A DNA stretch of 64,000 nt from Methanomethylovorans hollandica DSM 15978 (lineage in GTDB: Archaea; Halobacteriota; Methanosarcinia; Methanosarcinales; Methanosarcinaceae). Below, one piece after another: positions 28,259 through 39,149 of the stretch. Position 1 is the stretch's first letter; every line of letters begins with the position of its first letter. The position numbers were made by a program, and so were the translations under genes. Under the pieces are notes generated by a model. That model had not been told where the DNA came from. It ran no database searches and saw only the letters and a list, made by a program, of their open reading frames with translations. The stretch spans positions 1,240,001 through 1,304,000 of the forward strand of contig NC_019977.1 of NCBI RefSeq assembly GCF_000328665.1. The letters are read 5' to 3'.

Positions 28259-29272
28259 TTAGAGAATGATCTCTATGTCCAGCTCTTCGGCCAGTTCTTT
28301 GTACCTGTTGCGGATAGTGACCTCGGTAACGCCTGCTACATCTGCGACTTCTCTCTGGGTCCTTCTCTCACCACAGAGAATAGATGCGATATAGATTGCA
28401 GCTGCAGCTACACCTGTTGGCCCTCGACCGCTGGTAAGCTCTTTCTCGGAAGCCTGCCGCAGAATCTCCACTCCCTTGGACTGCACCTCACCTTTAAGAT
28501 TAAGGCCTGAGCAGAACCTTGGGACATAATCGATGGGTGAAGTGGGCATTAATTTAAGGGAAAGTTCTCTGGAAATGAACCTATAGGTCCTCCCGATCTC
28601 TTTCCTGCTGACCCTTGAAACCTCTCCGATCTCATCAAGTGTCCTTGGCACACTGCACTGGCGACATGCTGCATATAAGGCAGCTGCGGCCACACCTTCA
28701 ATACTTCTTCCACGGATAAGGTTCTTGTCAACTGCTTTTCTGTACACGACAGCAGCTGTTTCACGCACCGTTCTGGGAAGACCAAGAGCCGATGCCATCC
28801 TATCAAGCTCTGATAACGCAAAGGCCAGGTTCCTTTCAGTGGCGTTACTGACTCTTATCCTGCGCTGCCATTTCCTTAACCTGTAAAGCTGTGCCCTGTT
28901 CTTGGAGGAAATAGATTTTCCATAAGAATCGCGGTTCCTCCAGTCGATCATTGTGGACAGACCCTTGTCATGTATGGTATATGTCATGGGTGCGCCCACA
29001 CGGGAGCGTTTCATTCTCTGGTCGTGATCGAAAGCACGCCACTCAGGTCCTTCATCCACGAATTCCGCATCCACTACAAGACCACATTCAGAACACACAA
29101 GTTCAGCTCTTTCATAGTCCTGCACGAGATTGCGGCTACCGCATTCCGGACACTGGACCGTTGCATTCTCAACTTCTGCATTTTGTTCTTTCTCTTTACG
29201 TGCTTTTATCATTGCACGTATTTTTTCTCTTTCAGAAGTGTCTGAATACCGTACCCTTTCGACTTCGACCAT
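28259..29272 (-). CDS. tfb: Transcription initiation factor IIB
   Basis: Zn ribbon CPECG..CSECG, GPEWRAF, two cyclin repeats, [13 protein letters not shown]. Confidence 0.98.
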   Translation of the reverse strand: MVEVERVRYSDTSEREKIRAMIKARKEKEQNAEVENATVQCPECGSRNLVQDYERAELVCSECGLVVDAEFVDEGPEWRAFDHDQRMKRSRVGAPMTYTIHDKGLSTMIDWRNRDSYGKSISSKNRAQLYRLRKWQRRIRVSNATERNLAFALSELDRMASALGLPRTVRETAAVVYRKAVDKNLIRGRSIEGVAAAALYAACRQCSVPRTLDEIGEVSRVSRKEIGRTYRFISRELSLKLMPTSPIDYVPRFCSGLNLKGEVQSKGVEILRQASEKELTSGRGPTGVAAAAIYIASILCGERRTQREVADVAGVTEVTIRNRYKELAEELDIEIIL

Positions 29273-29363
29273 ATTATTCACCTTGAAGATACTAATGACG
29301 AACTTGAAATGCAATTGTGTGACTATTGGTAAAAACCCAACATTAGATTTTTATATGTTCCAA

Positions 29364-29624
29364 TCATTGGACATATAGACGTTCATTCAAATAATGCCGA
29401 GCTTCCAAAGTATTGACTTTCCTGTCAAGTTTCACAGTATAATATGGATTTGCCACAGGACCAAAATAGTTGGTGACCTTGCCAATCCTCTTGACAGTTT
29501 TGTCCATCACAGAAGAATTCACGTGAGGCTTTTCCCCTTTGGGCGCCTTATCATCTCCTTGAATGATAAGAGTTCCATTCCCAAAAGCGTGAAGCACTGT
29601 TCCAAGTCTTTTCATATCCCTCAT
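29364..29624 (-). CDS. gar1: Gar1/Naf1 H/ACA RNP protein
   Basis: MKRLGTVLH..., IGKV..YFGPVANPY; typical gar1-tfb linkage. Confidence 0.88.
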   Translation of the reverse strand: MRDMKRLGTVLHAFGNGTLIIQGDDKAPKGEKPHVNSSVMDKTVKRIGKVTNYFGPVANPYYTVKLDRKVNTLEARHYLNERLYVQ

Positions 29625-29822
29625 TAACTATATATTTTTTTCTCTCAGCTGATAGAATGCAGCTATGTTGTATATATACTTTTCGCACTACTTAAATACG
29701 AACCTGGTCCCTAGATATAATACTGAAAGAGTATAACCAGATAGGCACCCAAAATAACATCATTAACAATTTATATGCCATCACTTAAATTACATTTATC
29801 TTGATATAATGAGGTATTCCCT

Positions 29823-30113
29823 ATGAAAATGAGGATCATAAAATGCAGTGATATAGGCCTCTCCTGTAACTTCATGGCCCATGGCTATGATCTGGATGAG
29901 GTTGAAAAGACCATGTGGGATCATATTGAAACGGAACACAAGGACATGATCAAAGACATGTCGGATTATGATCTGCATCAGCTCAAGCATCGTGTATCAA
30001 CTTTTCTGGGCAGAAGCTGCGGTTGCGGGCATCTGGAAAAACCAGGGGAGGATTATGATAGTAACGCTTGTAACACATTGTACCGGATCCGCAATTTCCA
30101 CAAAGGCCTCTGA
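29823..30113 (+). CDS. DUF1059-like small metal-binding protein
   Basis: IKCSDIGLSCNF.A....EV....WDHIETEH. Confidence 0.75.
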   Translation: MKMRIIKCSDIGLSCNFMAHGYDLDEVEKTMWDHIETEHKDMIKDMSDYDLHQLKHRVSTFLGRSCGCGHLEKPGEDYDSNACNTLYRIRNFHKGL

Positions 30114-30477
30114 AATACCTAATTAATGCACTATTGAAGTTGCAAGCCTCAGATTTAAAGCGTGGAAGTGATTTTCGTAGCTTCCATTTAGAGTTCCAGT
30201 GGAAATAGAAGGGCTTTATATTTTTAATGTACATAAAAATACGGTTCTAGAATGCCGGAAAATATGATCCCATATTCTTATCCAACATATCAATAAACTG
30301 TTTTCATCACATACCATAGATCCCACTATAAAAGCTTTTCAAAATATTTTCTGTTTTAGGTACACTGTTACTCTAATTAGTAAAAAATAACTTTATAATA
30401 AAAAATAACTTTATTGTCATAAATAAAGGTGTGGCAACTTATATATGTAAAAATATACTATAAATCATTAAACAAGA

Positions 30478-30792
30478 ATGCATACTCCAAATCAGGGTAT
30501 GAGTTCAAAAAAGGAAAATGTGTGTATCATGACACATGTTGTTTTGCAAAACGTTATTAGGAAAGAGAGTATTGAATTTACAGGACTGATAACAATAGCC
30601 TTAGTTGTAGCTAAAGCTAAGGGATACATGGATGTAGAATGGTTGTGGGTGTTTGCACCATTGTGGTGGCCTGCAGCATTGGTTCTTGGCTTGATGCTGA
30701 TAATTGTAGTTCTTATAATAATAGCTCTTTTCTTAGCTTTGATCGCTTATATTGCTCTAAATGCTGTAAAGATCGCTTATCACCTCACATAA
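30478..30792 (+). CDS. Small hydrophobic membrane protein
   Basis: FTGLITIALVVAK..G...EWLWVFAPLWWP followed by a long hydrophobic helix; start uncertain. Confidence 0.55.
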   Translation: MHTPNQGMSSKKENVCIMTHVVLQNVIRKESIEFTGLITIALVVAKAKGYMDVEWLWVFAPLWWPAALVLGLMLIIVVLIIIALFLALIAYIALNAVKIAYHLT

Positions 30793-30838
30793 GTACAGGA
30801 TAAAAGTAATGCACATAATAATCTTCAGGGAGATGCCT

Positions 30839-31864
30839 TTACCAATCTCCAAGGCAGGACTGGGATTCACCTCTGGCTTTGTTTTCCAGGATCCCAGTAT
30901 TCTTTATGATCTGTTTTTCAGAAAAACTATGTTTTTTGACCAGGAATTCAAATAATTCATCTGACCTCGGCTTTTTCCATCTGAGGGTATAATCGGTTGT
31001 TACCGGAGGGTTCATAAAGAAATCCCTTATCTCCTCTACAGAAACACATGTATTGATCTCTTTTTTCTCTTCCCTGAGCAGCGTGTTAATATCCCTGTGC
31101 CTGAGAATGAGCTTAAGCGCGGTCTTCGGACCCACCCGATGTATACCTTCATTGAAATCTGTGCCGATACAGATGGCAACATCGATAAGTTGTTCACGTG
31201 TGATGTTCAGCTGTCCCAGGGAATTTGCAAGGGAAATATGTTCCGGGTTCTTTGGAACATATGCAGCCTTTCCGGGGAGTTTTCGTTTGCCTGTGCTCCC
31301 CAGATTACGCACAACATTCTTGGCTCCGAAAAGAAAAGCGTCATAGTCCTGTGATCCTACAAGATCAGCATCCCCGCGCAACGTCATGAACGCTGCCTGG
31401 GCCTCTGCTTCGGATTCAGCCTGCATCCATGGAATGCCCATAAGTTCAAGGAGCTTTTTTGATTCCTTCAGTATATGAGGTGTGATACAGGAAGTTCCCT
31501 GAGCGAATTTCTTCATACCCTCCAGATCACCCCCCTCTCTTGCGATCTCATAATTACGGGCTGCAAGCTGTTTACACTCCTTGCGTTTCTCCAGTGTACG
31601 TTCTTTCATTTGCGGTGGTTTGCCATCAAATATGAAAATGGGTTTGATATTGGCATCTCTTAGTTTGCAGGTCCGTGAGAACAGTCCGGTAAGATGGGAA
31701 GTAGGGTTACCTGAAGCGTCAGTTAATAAAGAGCCATTCTTTTGTCGGATGGCACTAAGGAACTGATAGATCGTATTGTATGCATCGATAGCTATCACTT
31801 TACCTGCCAGTTCCTCGTAAGTTGTAGGATTTTTTGTGAGCAATGAACCAATTTGAGTACCCAT
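30839..31864 (-). CDS. fen: Flap endonuclease 1
   Basis: IAIDAYNTIYQFLSAIRQ, FDGKPP, EAEAQAA, SQDYD, GTDFN, GPKTAL, C-terminal PIP-like QSCLGDW. Confidence 0.95.
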   Translation of the reverse strand: MGTQIGSLLTKNPTTYEELAGKVIAIDAYNTIYQFLSAIRQKNGSLLTDASGNPTSHLTGLFSRTCKLRDANIKPIFIFDGKPPQMKERTLEKRKECKQLAARNYEIAREGGDLEGMKKFAQGTSCITPHILKESKKLLELMGIPWMQAESEAEAQAAFMTLRGDADLVGSQDYDAFLFGAKNVVRNLGSTGKRKLPGKAAYVPKNPEHISLANSLGQLNITREQLIDVAICIGTDFNEGIHRVGPKTALKLILRHRDINTLLREEKKEINTCVSVEEIRDFFMNPPVTTDYTLRWKKPRSDELFEFLVKKHSFSEKQIIKNTGILENKARGESQSCLGDW

Positions 31865-31946
31865 AACGACCTTCTGATATTTGTTCTAAATGATCTCCCC
31901 GGTTTTAGCGCTATTGCCTAAACAAATTCGCTGTATATCCATGTGA

Positions 31947-32780
31947 TCATCCTGCTGTGTTCTCATAGTTCATGATATGTGCTTTTGGAGGTTTTATGCC
32001 TCTTTTATAGAATTCGTTCCAGGTTCTCCGGGTTACATCGGATCTGAATACGAATTCATCCCTGAGATCATTCACATATGACCTTGCCTTCAAACCTTTG
32101 TAGAAGGGATAGTCGTTCAGGAGGATGACAACAGGTCTTGTTGGGGATATATATACATATCTTGAAGTAACGACTGCTTCCCTCAATATCTTCATTGCCA
32201 GGTCTACATCAGAATCGTTCTCAATGTAAATATCCAGCGTTGCCATCATTTCTGAACTGCCTGAATTGCCGCTTGCCACACTTTTTGTGAACACCAGATT
32301 GTTCGGAGCCGATACGAGACTGTCATCAGGAGTTACAAGACGGGTAGCTCTGAGGCCTATCTCCTTGACCTCTCCATAATAGTCACCCATCTGGATCCTG
32401 TCTCCAACCTGATATGTTTTTTCCATTACGATCGCCACTCCTGCCACAATATCCTCAAAAAAGTTCCGCAGGCCAAAACCAATTGCAGCACCAATAAGAC
32501 CACTAAATAATGCTAGTTGATTGAACGAAAGTTCAAATACAGATGTTGAGATGTAATATATCGCCAATGAGTAAATAAGGATTTTAGAGAGGGGTATTAT
32601 AGTCTTTAAATGTAGCCTGTACTTCCACGACATCTCTGAAAACTTTGTCAGTATAAATGTCACAATTTTAGAAATAAAAAGGGCAAGTATTATGATGACA
32701 AAGGATGAAAACACAGTATCTGGATTTATATTTTCAAATTCCGTGATCATTGTAACAACATCGCTTTCAGCCATTACCAC
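31947..32780 (-). CDS. MscS family mechanosensitive channel
   Basis: AAIGFGL.N, YQVGDRI, GEVKEIGLRAT, PNN. Confidence 0.9.
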   Translation of the reverse strand: MVMAESDVVTMITEFENINPDTVFSSFVIIILALFISKIVTFILTKFSEMSWKYRLHLKTIIPLSKILIYSLAIYYISTSVFELSFNQLALFSGLIGAAIGFGLRNFFEDIVAGVAIVMEKTYQVGDRIQMGDYYGEVKEIGLRATRLVTPDDSLVSAPNNLVFTKSVASGNSGSSEMMATLDIYIENDSDVDLAMKILREAVVTSRYVYISPTRPVVILLNDYPFYKGLKARSYVNDLRDEFVFRSDVTRRTWNEFYKRGIKPPKAHIMNYENTAG

Positions 32781-33832
32781 ACCAGCCTTATATTCTCCAG
32801 GTATTTGACCACAACATGTAGTTTTTCAGGTAGTATGCTATAATATTCATCTTTTTCCAGGATAAGTTTCTGAGAGAGCATTTCGAACAATAATCTGCTG
32901 ATCATCATATCATCTGCATTACAGCTCAAATATAGTATGTTTTTCAATTCTTCCTTTTTAATATAACCCATTGACAGTATGATGTAGAGAACAAACCTGC
33001 CGGTACTATCAAGCTCTATATCAGTTGGAACAATATTTTTTGTACTACTTGTTTTTATTGTAGGATACTCCAGCCATTTGTTCCAGATCTTCTTTGCAAC
33101 ACCAGGATTACCCCGTGATATTTTTGTGATTTCGTTGAAAATGATGGATTCTGCAGTTTCACTGGGAGTCCTATTAAAAAGAAGTGTCCTAAGAGCCACA
33201 TAATTTATATGCAGACTGTATAGATTGACCTTACCGTGTGTTATTTGTTGAGCTATAGGTATTTTAGTCACCTGGAATATTTTTTCTTCCTTTACATGAA
33301 TATCATTCACAAATTGTATTTCGCCTTCATCATATGTTGAGAGCAGGAACTCTTTCATGTCCGCGGAGTTCAGCAATGGGATATGGACCTGCACTGGAAA
33401 ATACCTGCCTATATCCAATACACGATGGAGATAATTCCAGGAGTGAATGTTCCATGTAGTTATGTAAAGTCTTTCATCAGATGAAAGCATCACATTCAGG
33501 AACTCTTCGATAACATCGAATCCACCGATCTTTCTCATATACAGATAATGACAATTGTCAAATATCATTATCTTATTGGGGTCTCCGAGCAGAGGGATAT
33601 GGTCCTTATTATCAATTATAGATGAAAAGGTGACCTTTGTCACCTCATGCGGATGCATTTTGACTATCTCATCTACCAGTTCAGATTTACCTGCATAGGG
33701 TAATGCAAGTATGGCGATGTTGACCCGTTGGCCGTCTTCAAAATCAGAGATAGCTTTTTGAATGGCTGCGATCTGTTCGTCCATACCAAATATTAACCTC
33801 TTCACAGAATCTTGTTCATTTGATGAATCCAT
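32774..33832 (-). CDS. P-loop ATPase-like (AAA-type) protein coupled to MscS
   Basis: IFGMDEQ, degenerate Walker A ALPYAGKS, Walker B-like MIFDNCH, SRGNPGVA; overlaps the mscS start by 7 bp. Confidence 0.65.
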   Translation of the reverse strand: MDSSNEQDSVKRLIFGMDEQIAAIQKAISDFEDGQRVNIAILALPYAGKSELVDEIVKMHPHEVTKVTFSSIIDNKDHIPLLGDPNKIMIFDNCHYLYMRKIGGFDVIEEFLNVMLSSDERLYITTWNIHSWNYLHRVLDIGRYFPVQVHIPLLNSADMKEFLLSTYDEGEIQFVNDIHVKEEKIFQVTKIPIAQQITHGKVNLYSLHINYVALRTLLFNRTPSETAESIIFNEITKISRGNPGVAKKIWNKWLEYPTIKTSSTKNIVPTDIELDSTGRFVLYIILSMGYIKKEELKNILYLSCNADDMMISRLLFEMLSQKLILEKDEYYSILPEKLHVVVKYLENIRLVW

Positions 33833-34283
33833 AAATATTCAACCAATGTTTTAGTGTTATTATTGTTCTGTTACCCTCGGAAAACTATACAGAACATAAA
33901 TATACAGAACGTATAAAATGAACTGTAAAAAAAGAAAGTAATACAATTATAAATACTCCTTGATAAGTTGACCCTTTGTGAATATGAATGTAATGCAAAT
34001 AGTACCACATGAAAAATAGATAACTCCTGAAAGAAGCTTTCCTGTTGTGATTGCTGCATAACCGCAGAAGCTATAATATTACATGTACATTCAGGAAAGG
34101 GAATTCGCAAATATTTAAAAAACAAATTAATAAAGGGCAGAAATAATGAGCTAACTTGATGGTCTCATGAATATTAGAGCTCATGGACCAAAACTTTATA
34201 TAATGAAAGTATTACCTATTGACAGATTTTTAAATAAAGCAGTTAATAGCGAATTGTTCTATAAACTGCCCAATGGATGGAAA

Positions 34284-35063
34284 ATGTCGGTCAAACACAT
34301 TACAACTCTATATGCTTACAGACAATTGATATGGCAATTAGCTTGGAGTGAGTTCAAAATGAGGTACAAGAACTCTGTTTTAGGGTATTTCTGGTCACTC
34401 CTGGAACCTTTGCTCATGCTTACTGTCCTCTATTATGTGTTTTCTCACATTATGAAAATGCAGATAGAGAATTACCAGCTTTTTCTGTTACTGGGTATCA
34501 TCATTTGGAACTTTCTTAGCCGTGCAACGACCATTGGGATGAATTGCATCGTTGGAAAGCCAGGTATGATTAAAAAGATATATTTTCCCAGAGACATATT
34601 TGTGATCTCAGCATGCCTGACAGCATTGCTTATGAGTGTTTTTGAATCCCTGGTATTTGTGTTGTTCATGATCTATTTTAAGGTACCATTGTCAGTGTAC
34701 ATACTGCAGGCTCCAATTATATTGATCTGCCTCTTTATCCTGTCTACTGGTCTTTCTCTGGCTTTAGCAGCTCTTAATGTGCTTTATCGGGATGTGCAGT
34801 TCATCTGGGCTGTATTTCTGCAGGCAGGTTACTTTGCAACTCCCATTTTGTATACATTAGAAGTCTTTCCTGAAAATCTGCGAAGCATAGTGCTTCTGAA
34901 CCCGTTTGCAAGGGTGATCATTGCTGCAAGAGAAACAATCATCTATGCATCACCCATGCAAACAGGGGATATGATATTCATGGGCGTAGCATCCATCATT
35001 TTCCTTATTATAGGATATGCGATTTTCAATAAGATCGAGCCCCGTTTTGCGGAGGAGATATGA
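34284..35063 (+). CDS. ABC-2 polysaccharide export permease (Wzm-like)
   Basis: RYKNSVLGYFWSLLEPL, KKIYFPR, YRDV, TPILY, LNP. Confidence 0.92.
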   Translation: MSVKHITTLYAYRQLIWQLAWSEFKMRYKNSVLGYFWSLLEPLLMLTVLYYVFSHIMKMQIENYQLFLLLGIIIWNFLSRATTIGMNCIVGKPGMIKKIYFPRDIFVISACLTALLMSVFESLVFVLFMIYFKVPLSVYILQAPIILICLFILSTGLSLALAALNVLYRDVQFIWAVFLQAGYFATPILYTLEVFPENLRSIVLLNPFARVIIAARETIIYASPMQTGDMIFMGVASIIFLIIGYAIFNKIEPRFAEEI

Positions 35064-36293
35064 ATGTCTGTGATAAAAGTGCAGGAGCTGGAAAAATCAT
35101 TCCGGATTCCTCATGAAAAACGCACCACACTTTTCGAAACACTTACAGGCATGTTCAAGCCTGAATCATATGAAGTGTTCAACGCTTTAAAAGACATTAA
35201 CTTTGATGTGAAAGAAGGTGAATTCTTTGGCATTATTGGAGAGAACGGAAGCGGTAAAAGCACTCTGCTAAAGATAATTGCTGGTATCCTTTATCCTTCC
35301 TCCGGTGAAGTGCATATCCGCAAAAGAGTCACACCCTTCCTTGAACTTGGTGTTGGTTTCCAGTCAGATATGACAGCTGTGGAAAACATAAAGACCTATG
35401 GTACTATAATGGGAATGTCCAAGCATGACATCAGATCAAGGACAGATGACATTTTAGAATTCGCAGGACTTGAGAAATTCAGGGATGCCAAATTAAAGAA
35501 CTTTTCTTCCGGAATGCAGGTAAGGCTTGCTTTTTCTACCGCTATCCAGACCGACCCTGAGATCTTACTTATGGATGAAGTGCTCGCAGTGGGTGATATG
35601 GATTTTCAGCAGAAATGCCTCGATGTGCTGAACAACTACCGTAAAGAAGGAGTAACTATCGTGTTTGTGTCCCACGACCTGGGTGCTGTCAGAAGGTTCT
35701 GTGACAGAACATTATTACTGCATAAGGGCGAACAGATCGCTTTAGGAAGTACAGCTGAAGTGATCGATAGGTATGTGTATGGAGATCAGGATAAAAGCAT
35801 TTCAGAACCTGTCAGCTGCGTAGTTGAAAACGACCCTGTTATTCTTACCGATGAGCAGCCGCCGGTTGCTTGCTCACGGTGGGGCGATCAAAAAATAGAG
35901 ATAAGCAATGTAGAACTCTATGATAAATTTGGTAATTTGAGTAACAGATTCAACTCCTTTGATGCAATGACCATAAGGATCATGTATCATGCTCATAAAA
36001 AAGTGTTTGATCCTGTTTTTGGCATTGCCTTGTATTCAGAAAAAGGAGAGAATGTCTATGGAACCAATACAGAACTGAAGGAGATAGAAATTGATTCTGT
36101 CGAAGGTCAAGGCCATATAGATCTGAAAATAGAGAGTATCTCTCTGCTCTCTGGAAGATTTCTATTAACTGTTGCCATACATAGTCGTAGACATGAACCT
36201 TATGACTGGCATGATAAACTATATCATTTTGATGTGATACCTACAAGCAGGGATGCAGGTATATTCAATGTGCCTTGTAAATGGATAATATGA
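35064..36293 (+). CDS. Polysaccharide ABC transporter ATPase with C-terminal Wzt carbohydrate-binding domain
   Basis: GENGSGKST, FSSGMQVRLAF, DEVLAVGD, VSHD, C-terminal domain starting at RWGD. Confidence 0.93.
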   Translation: MSVIKVQELEKSFRIPHEKRTTLFETLTGMFKPESYEVFNALKDINFDVKEGEFFGIIGENGSGKSTLLKIIAGILYPSSGEVHIRKRVTPFLELGVGFQSDMTAVENIKTYGTIMGMSKHDIRSRTDDILEFAGLEKFRDAKLKNFSSGMQVRLAFSTAIQTDPEILLMDEVLAVGDMDFQQKCLDVLNNYRKEGVTIVFVSHDLGAVRRFCDRTLLLHKGEQIALGSTAEVIDRYVYGDQDKSISEPVSCVVENDPVILTDEQPPVACSRWGDQKIEISNVELYDKFGNLSNRFNSFDAMTIRIMYHAHKKVFDPVFGIALYSEKGENVYGTNTELKEIEIDSVEGQGHIDLKIESISLLSGRFLLTVAIHSRRHEPYDWHDKLYHFDVIPTSRDAGIFNVPCKWII

Positions 36294-36311
36294 ATGGTGG
36301 GACTGATATTT

Positions 36312-37919
36312 ATGGATACTTTCGAAATACATGATGAAGAAGTTAATGTTGAAGAGATCATGAACAAGATAAGGGAGAATATCAGCAAACGGAAAGCACA
36401 CGGAACTTATCCGCCTGAACTTGATGCCGCATCCAAGCATTCGACAGGGGACAAAAAATGTGCAATAGGAGAGATAAAAGGGGAGATCGCCGATGACCTC
36501 CTTAACCTTAAAATCAATTGTGATATTCAAAATAACAGTTATATAATTAGTTCCCACCGTCCTATTGTAGGGATACCTCTCACCAAAAGCAGAAAACTGG
36601 TACATGGAGAAGTCCGAAGATATGTGGATCCAATGGTCTTTAAGCAGACAACTTTTAACCAATATGCTGCAAAAATTCTCAATGATGCAGTCTATAGGCT
36701 TTCAAGTATGGAAAATGTAATTGGTGAAACCAAATGCCAGCACTCTTCTCGATCGAAAAATCTGCAACAGATAACTAAAGAAAATTATGAGAGATTATTG
36801 GATCTGCAGAGCGAAACCGATGAAAGACTATTGGATATCGAAGATAAGATAGAAGCCCTGAAGCAGGAGACCAAAGATGAGACAATTCTCAATACCAAGA
36901 TGTGTGAACTGGTCGATCAGCTTAGAGCTGATATGGAAAACTCTCTTTCTAAACTAAGAACTGAAATGGTCGACCCGCTTAGAACTGATATGGAAAATTC
37001 TCTTTCTAAACTAAGAACTGAAATGGTCGACCCGCTTAGAACTGATATGGAAAATTCTCTTTCCAGACTAAGAACTGAAATGAAAAAAGATAACGAAGCC
37101 ATGATAAGTTCATTCATTGCAGCAATGGACATGGATATAGAGAAAAAGGCATGGCTTGCACAAGTCCTTGATAAGAGGAACTTGCAGGGGATCTCACAGG
37201 CGGAGAAGCTTTTAAAACCACCTCAGCTGGACAGCGGTGTGAATTATTTTGTTTTTGAGGATAAATTCCGGGGAGCACGGGAGGATGTCGCTCAGCGGCA
37301 GACTGCTTTTCTCCGTTATTTCGAAGGATGTAAGAATGTGCTGGACATTGGTTGTGGCAGAGGGGAATTCCTTCAGACCATGCGTGAACACGGGATAGGA
37401 GCCCGTGGAGTGGATCTTGATGAAACCATGGTAGATTACTGTCATGCAAAGGGTCTTGAGGTGCAGCTTGATGACGCGTTCGAGTATATGGAGAAGCTGG
37501 ACGATGCAAGCCTTGATGGCATATTCATAGATCAGGTTGTAGAGCATCTGGAACCTTCGTACCTTATCAGATTACTGGATTTATGTTTCAAAAAGATGAA
37601 GTACGGATTCTATCTCATTGCAGAGACTGTCAATCCACTTTCTTTTTCATCTTTTGCAAATTTCTACATTGACCTTACACACATCAAGCCTGTTCATCCC
37701 GAAACTTTAAGGTTCCTCTTTGAATCCACAGGTTTTCGGGAGATAAAAACCGTATTTTCATCTCCGGTACCCGACTCTCTGAGGTTGCAGAAGCTTGTGA
37801 CAAGTGAAGTGGCAAATGATACGGAAAAGTATCAGATTGAAGTTTACAACCGGAACATCGAAATGTTAAATACTACTCTTTACGGTGCGCAGGATTATGC
37901 TATGATAGGAAAAAAATAG
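36312..37919 (+). CDS. Coiled-coil plus class I SAM methyltransferase (glycan-modifying / chain-terminator-like)
   Basis: ISSHRP, long heptad-rich region, YFVFEDKFRG, VLDIGCGRGEF, QVVEHL, ETVNP, FYIDLTH, QDYA. Confidence 0.82.
   Translation: MDTFEIHDEEVNVEEIMNKIRENISKRKAHGTYPPELDAASKHSTGDKKCAIGEIKGEIADDLLNLKINCDIQNNSYIISSHRPIVGIPLTKSRKLVHGEVRRYVDPMVFKQTTFNQYAAKILNDAVYRLSSMENVIGETKCQHSSRSKNLQQITKENYERLLDLQSETDERLLDIEDKIEALKQETKDETILNTKMCELVDQLRADMENSLSKLRTEMVDPLRTDMENSLSKLRTEMVDPLRTDMENSLSRLRTEMKKDNEAMISSFIAAMDMDIEKKAWLAQVLDKRNLQGISQAEKLLKPPQLDSGVNYFVFEDKFRGAREDVAQRQTAFLRYFEGCKNVLDIGCGRGEFLQTMREHGIGARGVDLDETMVDYCHAKGLEVQLDDAFEYMEKLDDASLDGIFIDQVVEHLEPSYLIRLLDLCFKKMKYGFYLIAETVNPLSFSSFANFYIDLTHIKPVHPETLRFLFESTGFREIKTVFSSPVPDSLRLQKLVTSEVANDTEKYQIEVYNRNIEMLNTTLYGAQDYAMIGKK
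36910..37082 (+). repeat. Three tandem 57-bp in-frame repeats (19 aa)
   Basis: Units start at 36910, 36967 and 37024; encode VDPLRTDMENSLSKLRTEM. Confidence 0.92.
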
Positions 37920-37978
37920 AAATGTTTGAATATCATATATGTTATCTATAAGTTGTAAGCGCTTCATTGACTGATAAA

Positions 37979-39148
37979 ATGAAAATAGCTTTTGTCATAC
38001 CATGGTATGGCGACATTCCAGGCGGTGCTGAAACAGAGTGTCGGCAAACTGCCGAGAACCTGCAAAAGAATGGGATGAATGTCGAAATACTAACAACCTG
38101 TGTCAAACAGTTCTTGAGTGACTGGAATACCAATCACTTTACAGAAGGCACATATAAAGAAAATGGGATCATAGTTAGAAGATTCAGCGTTCGTAAAAGG
38201 GATACCGGAAAATTCGATCAGGTCAATTTAAAGCTCATGAACAATTGTAGGATCTCGCCAGCTGAAGAGCAGATCTACATGGAGAACATGATCAATAGTG
38301 ATTCTCTTTGCTCATATATCAGAGATCATATTGATGACTATGATCATTTATTCTTTATTCCATACATGTTCGGAACCACCTACTACGGTTCGCAGATACA
38401 TCCTGAGAGATCGATATTGATCCCCTGTCTGCACGATGAAAGCTATGCATATATGGACGTCTTCAAAAAGATGTTCCAAGATGCAAAAGCAGTGATATAC
38501 AATTCTGAACCTGAGAAAGCACTTGCAAACCAGATCTATGACATAAGAGGTCATCAAATTGTGATAGGTACAGGTATGGACACAGATATTTCATATAATG
38601 CCCGGAGGTTTCGGGATAAATATGGCATAAATAACGAATTCCTTCTGTATGCAGGAAGAAGGGATTCCGGAAAAAATGTATCCCTGCTTATAGAATATTT
38701 TTCAAAGTACAAAGGGTCTGCAGGTGGGAACCTGCAACTGGTCTTAATCGGGAAAGGAGAACTGGCCATTCCAAAGGAACATAGGCATGACATCATAGAT
38801 CTGGGATTTGTTCCCCAGGAGGATAAGTTCGATGCTTATGCGGCTGCAACATTGTTCTGCATGCCTTCAATAAATGAGAGTTTCTCTATCGTATTGATGG
38901 AGGCATGGCTGTGCGGCACACCTGCGTTGGTGCATGCGGGCTGTGCAGTAACTAAAGACCATTGCATCAAAAGCAACGGTGGATTGTATTTCGATAATTA
39001 CGATGAATTTGAAGGATGCCTTCAATATTTCCTTCAAAATCCTGGAAAACGTGATATCATGGCTCAGAATGGAAAAGAGTATGTTCTCAGGAACTATAGC
39101 TGGGATACCATAGTGCAGAAATATAAGAGATTTTTAGGCGTGATCTAA
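37979..39148 (+). CDS. Glycosyltransferase family 4
   Basis: GGAE, YAGRRDSGKN, PSINESFSIVLMEAW. Confidence 0.92.
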   Translation: MKIAFVIPWYGDIPGGAETECRQTAENLQKNGMNVEILTTCVKQFLSDWNTNHFTEGTYKENGIIVRRFSVRKRDTGKFDQVNLKLMNNCRISPAEEQIYMENMINSDSLCSYIRDHIDDYDHLFFIPYMFGTTYYGSQIHPERSILIPCLHDESYAYMDVFKKMFQDAKAVIYNSEPEKALANQIYDIRGHQIVIGTGMDTDISYNARRFRDKYGINNEFLLYAGRRDSGKNVSLLIEYFSKYKGSAGGNLQLVLIGKGELAIPKEHRHDIIDLGFVPQEDKFDAYAAATLFCMPSINESFSIVLMEAWLCGTPALVHAGCAVTKDHCIKSNGGLYFDNYDEFEGCLQYFLQNPGKRDIMAQNGKEYVLRNYSWDTIVQKYKRFLGVI

Positions 39149-39149
39149 A

